This document shows positions 59,075-64,000 of a DNA stretch of 64,000 nucleotides, piece by piece. A program made the position numbers and the translations under genes. Origin of the DNA: Mustelus asterias (Eukaryota); assembly GCF_964213995.1 (NCBI RefSeq), contig NC_135830.1:5332001-5396000 (forward strand), in the 5' to 3' direction. Under the pieces are notes generated by a model. It saw only the letters and a program-made list of their open reading frames with translations. It was not told the origin of the DNA and did not search any database. How positions within the stretch are numbered: the first letter of the stretch is position 1; each line of letters opens with the position of its first letter.

Positions 59075-59843
59075 AAGACCATAAGACCATAAGACATAGG
59101 AGCGGAAGTAAGGCCATTCGGCCCATCGAGTCCACTCCACCATTCAATCATGGTTGATTTCAACTCCATTTACCCGCTCTCTCCCCATAGCCCTTAATTC
59201 CTCGAGAAATCAAGAATTTATCAATTTCTGTCTTGAAGACGCTCAACGTCTCGGCCTCCACAGCCCTCTGTGGCAATGAATTCCACAGACCCACCACTCT
59301 CTGGCTGAAGAAATTTCTCCTCATCTCTGTTCTAAAGTGACTCCCTTTTATTCTAAGGCTGTGCCCCCGCGTCCTAGTCTCCCCTGTTAATGGAAACAAC
59401 TTCCCTACGTCCATCCTATCTAAGCCGTTCATTACCTTGTAAGTTTCTATCAGATCTCCCCTCAACCTCCTAAACTCCAATGAATATAATCCCACGATCC
59501 TCAGACGTTCATCGTATGTCAGGCCTACCATTCCTGGGATCATCCGTGTGAATCTCCGCTGGACCCGCTCCAGTGCCAGTATGTCCTTCCTGAGGTGTGG
59601 GGCCCAAAATTGCTCACAGTACTCCAAATGGGGCCTAACCAGTGCTTTATAAAGCCTCAGAAGTACATCCCTGCTTTTGTATTCCAAGCCTCTTGAGATA
59701 AATGACAACATTACATTTGCTTTCTTAATTACGGACTCAACCTGCAAGTTTACCTTTAGAGAATCCTGGACTAGGACTCCCAAGTCCCTTTGCACTTTAG
59801 CATTATGAATTTTGTCACCGTTTAGAAAATAGTCCATGCCTCT
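59075..59843 (-). mobile_element. 5'-truncated CR1 (family D) inserted in ORF1 of family C
   Basis: Uninterrupted RT C-terminal frame on the minus strand; (TCTTATGG)n tail at 59075-59097. Confidence 0.92.
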
Positions 59844-59941
59844 AGCGGCAGGGGTGATCTGTATACAAAAAACGGGTGGAACTTGAATCACACGGGGACC
59901 AATATCCTGGCCGGTAGGTTGGCTAAGGCTACTGGGGAGAA

Positions 59942-62900
59942 TTTAAACTAGATAGGTTGGGGGGAGGGGAGCTAGAAGAGTTGACTAGGATCAAGGAACT
60001 AATTGATGGGGGGGAGGATGCAGGGGTAAGGGGAATTACAAAATTAATGGTAGAGGAGAGGGTGCAAGTGAATGAAGGCGGTAATTTAGATAAGGGAGTA
60101 GAGGGAGAGGGTGTTCGCGACTCATCAAAGCGGGTCCAGATAAAAGCTGGAATAAGGACACTTTGCCTGAATGCACGAAGCATTCGGAACAAGGTGAATG
60201 AGTTGATGGTGCAAATCAGCACAAGTGGGTACGATCTAGTGGCCATTACAGAAACATGGCTGAAAGGTGACCAGGACTGGGAGATGAATATCCAGGGGTA
60301 TCAGGCGTTTAGGAAGAATAGACAGGAAGGAAAAGGTGGTGGGGTCGCGCTATTAATAAGAGATAATATCAGGGTAGTACTGAGGGATGACATAGGCTCT
60401 GAGGAACAAAACGTGGAATCATTATGGGTAGAGATGAGGAATAGTAGAGGGAGAAAGACACTAGTAGGTGTGGTATATAGGCCCCCAAATAATAATGTTG
60501 AGGTAGGGAGGGCTATAAACAAGCAGATAAGGGATGCGTGTAAAAACGGAACGGCAATAATCATGGGGGACTTCAACATGCACATTGACTGGCAGACTCA
60601 AGTCAGTAAGGGTGGAATGGAGGAAGAGTTCTTAGAATGCTGTCGGGATAGTTTCCTTGAACAGCATGTTACGGAACCGACAAGGGAACGAGCTATTTTG
60701 GATCTGGTATTGTGTAACGAGGTAGGTAGAATTAAGGATCTTATTGTGAAGGACCCTCTTGGGTCTAGTGACCACAATATGGTCGAATTTCTGATTCAGA
60801 TGGAAGAGGAGAAAGTTTGGTCTCAAACCAGTGTCCTCTGTTTGAACAGAGGGAAATATGATAGGATGAGGGATGAATTGGCTAAGGTAGACTGGGAGAG
60901 CAGGCTGGCAGGTAGGATAGCTGAGGAACAGTGGAGGATTTTTAAGGAGATCCTTTTCAGTTCTCAGCAAAAATATATTCCAGCAAAAAACAAGGATTGT
61001 AAGAAAAGGGAGAACCAGCCGTGGATAACGAAGGAAATAAAGGAGAGTATTAAAATAAAAACAGCTGCGTACAGAGTGGCCAAAAATAGTGGAGAAACAG
61101 GTGATTGGGAAAAATTTAAGAAACAACAAAGAGAGACTAAGAAAGCGATAAAGAAAGGAAGGATAGACTATGAAGCTAGGCTAGCAATTAATATAAAAAA
61201 TGATAGTAAAAGTTTTTATAAATATATAAAAAGGAATAGAGTGGCTAGAGTGAATGTTGGACCCTTGGAGGACGAGAGGGGGGAGTTAATAGTGGGAAAT
61301 GAGGATATGGCTGAGTCTTTAAATACGTTTTTTGTGTCGGTCTTCACGGTGGAGGACACAAATAGTTTGCCAAATATTAACGATAGAGGGTTGGCAGCAG
61401 GAGAAATACTTAATACGATTAATGTTACCAGAGAGGCAGTGCTGGGTAGACTAATGGGACTGAAGGTGGACAAGTCCCCGGGTCCGGATGGAATGCATCC
61501 CAGGGTATTGAAAGAAATGTCAGAGGTAATAGTGGATGCGTTAGTGATTATTTATCAAAACTCGTTGCATTCTGGGGTAGTGCCGGTTGATTGGAAAGCG
61601 GCTAATGTTACGCCGCTGTTTAAAAAAGGAAGGAGACAAAAGGCGGGTAACTATAGGCCGGTCAGCTTAACGTCTGTAGTAGGGAAAATGCTGGAATCCA
61701 TTATTAAAGAGGAGATAGCAGGGCATCTGGATAGAAATGGTTCGATCAATCAGACGCAGCATGGATTCATGAGGGGAAAGTCGTGCTTGACGAACATGTT
61801 GGATTTTTATGAAGATGTGACTAGGGCGGTTGATGGAGGAGAACCGGTGGATGCGGTGTTTTTGGATTTCCAAAAGGCGTTTGATAAGGTGCCCCATAAA
61901 AGGCTGCTGAAGAAGATTAGGGCACACGGAGTTGGGGGTAGTGTGTTAAAGTGGATTGGGGACTGGCTATCCGACAGGAAGCAAAGAGTCGGAATAAATG
62001 GGTGTTTTTCCGGTTGGAGGAAGGTAACTAGTGGCGTGCCGCAGGGATCGGTACTCGGGCCGCAACTGTTTACCATTTATATAGATGATCTGGAGGAGGG
62101 GACGGAGTGTAGGGTAACGAAGTTTGCAGACGACACAAAGATAAGTGGAAAAGTGAATCGTGTGGAGGACGGAGAAGATCTGCAGAGAGATTTGGACAGG
62201 CTGAGTGAGTGGGCGAGGATATGGCAAATGGAGTATAACGTTGAGAAATGCGAGGTTATACACTTTGGAGGAAATAATAACAAATGGGATTACTATCTCA
62301 ATGGAAACAAATTAAAACATGCTACCGTGCAAAGGGACCTGGGGGTCCTTGTGCATGAGACGCAAAAGCCCAGTCTGCAGGTACAACAGGTGATCAAGAA
62401 GGCAAATGGGACGTTGGCCTATATTGCGAAGGGGATAGAATATAAAAGCAGGGATGTCTTGATGCACCTGTACAGGGCATTGGTGAGGCCGCAGCTGGAA
62501 TACTGTGTGCAGTATTGGTCCCCTTATATGAGGAAGGATATATTGGCATTGGAGGGAGTGCAGAGAAGGTTCACCAGGTTGATACCGGAGATGAGGGGTT
62601 TGGATTATGAGGAGAGGCTGAGGAGATTGGGTTTGTACTCGTTGGAGTTTAGAAGGATGAGGGGGGATCTTATGGAGACTTATAAGATAATGCGGGGGCT
62701 GGATAGGGTGGAGGCGGAGAGATTCTTTCCACTTAGTAAGGAAGTTAAAACTAGAGGACACAGCCTCAAAATAAAGGGGGGTCGATTTAAGACAGAGTTG
62801 AGGAGGAACTTCTTCTCCCAGAGGGTGGTGAATCTCTGGAATTCTCTGCCCACTGAGGTGGTGGAGGCTACCTCGCTGAATATGTTTAAAGCGCGGATGG

Positions 62901-62962
62901 ATGGATTCCTGATCGGTAAGGGAATTAAGGGTTATGGGGATCAGGCGGGTAAGTGGTACTGA
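59942..62962 (+). CDS. Intact CR1 ORF2: APE endonuclease plus reverse transcriptase (about 1000 aa)
   Basis: LNARS, ITETW, GDFN, SDH, KAFDKV, GVPQGS, KFADD; no stops from the ORF1 junction to 62962; first ATG at 60047. Confidence 0.93.
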   Translation, partial: FKLDRLGGGELEELTRIKELIDGGEDAGVRGITKLMVEERVQVNEGGNLDKGVEGEGVRDSSKRVQIKAGIRTLCLNARSIRNKVNELMVQISTSGYDLVAITETWLKGDQDWEMNIQGYQAFRKNRQEGKGGGVALLIRDNIRVVLRDDIGSEEQNVESLWVEMRNSRGRKTLVGVVYRPPNNNVEVGRAINKQIRDACKNGTAIIMGDFNMHIDWQTQVSKGGMEEEFLECCRDSFLEQHVTEPTRERAILDLVLCNEVGRIKDLIVKDPLGSSDHNMVEFLIQMEEEKVWSQTSVLCLNRGKYDRMRDELAKVDWESRLAGRIAEEQWRIFKEILFSSQQKYIPAKNKDCKKRENQPWITKEIKESIKIKTAAYRVAKNSGETGDWEKFKKQQRETKKAIKKGRIDYEARLAINIKNDSKSFYKYIKRNRVARVNVGPLEDERGELIVGNEDMAESLNTFFVSVFTVEDTNSLPNINDRGLAAGEILNTINVTREAVLGRLMGLKVDKSPGPDGMHPRVLKEMSEVIVDALVIIYQNSLHSGVVPVDWKAANVTPLFKKGRRQKAGNYRPVSLTSVVGKMLESIIKEEIAGHLDRNGSINQTQHGFMRGKSCLTNMLDFYEDVTRAVDGGEPVDAVFLDFQKAFDKVPHKRLLKKIRAHGVGGSVLKWIGDWLSDRKQRVGINGCFSGWRKVTSGVPQGSVLGPQLFTIYIDDLEEGTECRVTKFADDTKISGKVNRVEDGEDLQRDLDRLSEWARIWQMEYNVEKCEVIHFGGNNNKWDYYLNGNKLKHATVQRDLGVLVHETQKPSLQVQQVIKKANGTLAYIAKGIEYKSRDVLMHLYRALVRPQLEYCVQYWSPYMRKDILALEGVQRRFTRLIPEMRGLDYEERLRRLGLYSLEFRRMRGDLMETYKIMRGLDRVEAERFFPLSKEVKTRGHSLKIKGGRFKTELRRNFFSQRVVNLWNSLPTEVVEATSLNMFKARMDGFLIGKGIKGYGDQAGKWY

Positions 62963-63249
62963 TCCACGTCAGATCAGCCATGATCTTATTGAATGGCGGG
63001 GCAGGCTCGAGGGGCTAGATGGCCTACTCCTGCTCCTATTTCTGATGTTCTTATGTTCTTAGTAGTAGAGGTGGGTACAATTTTATCTTTTAAAAAGCAT
63101 TTAGATAGTTACATGGGTACGATGGGTAGAGAGGGATAGGTGCCAAATGCGGGCAATTGGGATTAGCTTTGAGGTTTAACAAAAAAGGGCGGCATGGACA
63201 AGTTGGGCCGAAGGGCCTGTTTCCATGCTGTAAACCTCTATGACTCTGA

Positions 63250-64000
63250 CTCAGCAGGTGGGACGAATGAATGACTCCCTTCCCATAGTCAGAGGGAGTG
63301 AACATTCTCTTCTCAGTTTCAATGCACTGGTGTATAATGAGATGAGATTCCCTAAACTCAGACCAAAATGGCAACACTTGAATCATCTCTAGTCAGTGTG
63401 GATTTGTTGATGGGACAGCAGTTCCCCAGAACTTTTGTTGCACTTCCCGCAGTTCAGTCTCGTCAGTGTGAACTTGCTGGTGCATCAGCAGATGGGATGA
63501 ATTAGTGAATCCCTTCCCACTCTCCGTGCAAGTGAATGGCCTCACCCCAGTGTGAACGTGTTGGTGCCTCAGCAAGTTGGATGAATTAATGAATCTCTTC
63601 CCACACTCAGGGCAGGTGAATGGTCTCTTCCCAGTGTAAATCAGCTGGTATGTCAGCAGAGTGGACATCTGAGCAAATCCCTTCCCACACTCTTTTCAGG
63701 TGAACGGCCTCTCCCCAGTGTGAATCCACTGGTGTACAGTGAGGTCAGATGATTGTGTGAACCCAGTCCCACAATGAGAGCACCTGAATGGTCTCATGTC
63801 ATTGTGAACATGTTGATGACGTATCAGTTCCCCAGAATTTTTGTAGCACTTCGCACAGTCCATGCATTTGAAAGGTCTCTCCGCAGTGTGAACTAGTTGG
63901 TGTCTCAATAGATGTGATGAATTAGTGAATCCCTTCCCACACTCGGTGCAGGTAAATGGTCTCTCCCCAGTGTGAACGCACTGATGAGTTTCCAGCATAA
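63250..64000 (-). pseudogene. C2H2 zinc-finger gene 3' part, frameshifted and decayed; continues beyond the window
   Basis: Finger frames 63696-63998 and 63393-63668 are out of phase; the last finger is split by the CR1 stack and the 3' UTR is displaced to about 53300-53375. Confidence 0.75.

Larger units (their letters stand above)
58781..63060 (+). mobile_element. CR1 LINE (family C): 5'-truncated ORF1 and intact ORF2
   Basis: Esterase half VHIGTAD..FLDHWDLF resumes at 59844 as SGRGDLY..GENLN*; tail TTCTGATGTTCTTATGTTCTT. Confidence 0.92.
53376..63249 (+). mobile_element. CR1 family B host element (53376-53410, 57446-58780, 63061-63249) carrying nested insertions
   Basis: VDKSAGPDEVY continues into RMLWEAREEIA after 57446; AAGCTACCAG resumes as AGTAGTAGAGG at 63061 (compare 7017-7040); flanked by CTCAG at 53371-53375 and 63250-63254. 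Confidence 0.85.

Overview
Eukaryotic (vertebrate) genomic DNA, almost certainly from a shark or other elasmobranch; the species cannot be determined from the sequence. The window is a tandem cluster of effector-less C2H2 zinc-finger genes: six with long intact finger arrays and four or more decayed copies, on both strands, served by paralogous CpG-rich promoters. Embedded in it is a complete immunoglobulin mu heavy-chain constant region (CH1-CH4 with secretory tail, TM1, TM2; 27396-34564). No V, D or J segment is visible upstream, and two assembly gaps lie there. The rest is retroelement-dense: young CR1-clade LINEs (two near-full-length sister copies, one intact ORF2, a 9.9 kb nested stack inside a zinc finger), Rex1/Babar fragments, Penelope-like elements with minimal hammerhead ribozymes, a probable GalEa-type Copia remnant, two tRNA-derived SINE families and long simple repeats. 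Most interesting signals: (1) a U_UUA_AAC slippery heptamer at the ORF1 stop of all three CR1 ORF1/ORF2 junctions, with ORF2 in the -1 frame, suggesting programmed ribosomal frameshifting; (2) a G-rich, AID-hotspot-containing tandem repeat just 5' of C-mu-1, where a switch region would sit; (3) inverted Penelope remnants carrying paired dimer-type hammerhead ribozymes. All calls were made by eye with no database searches; repeat boundaries are approximate unless a target-site duplication (TSD) is quoted.
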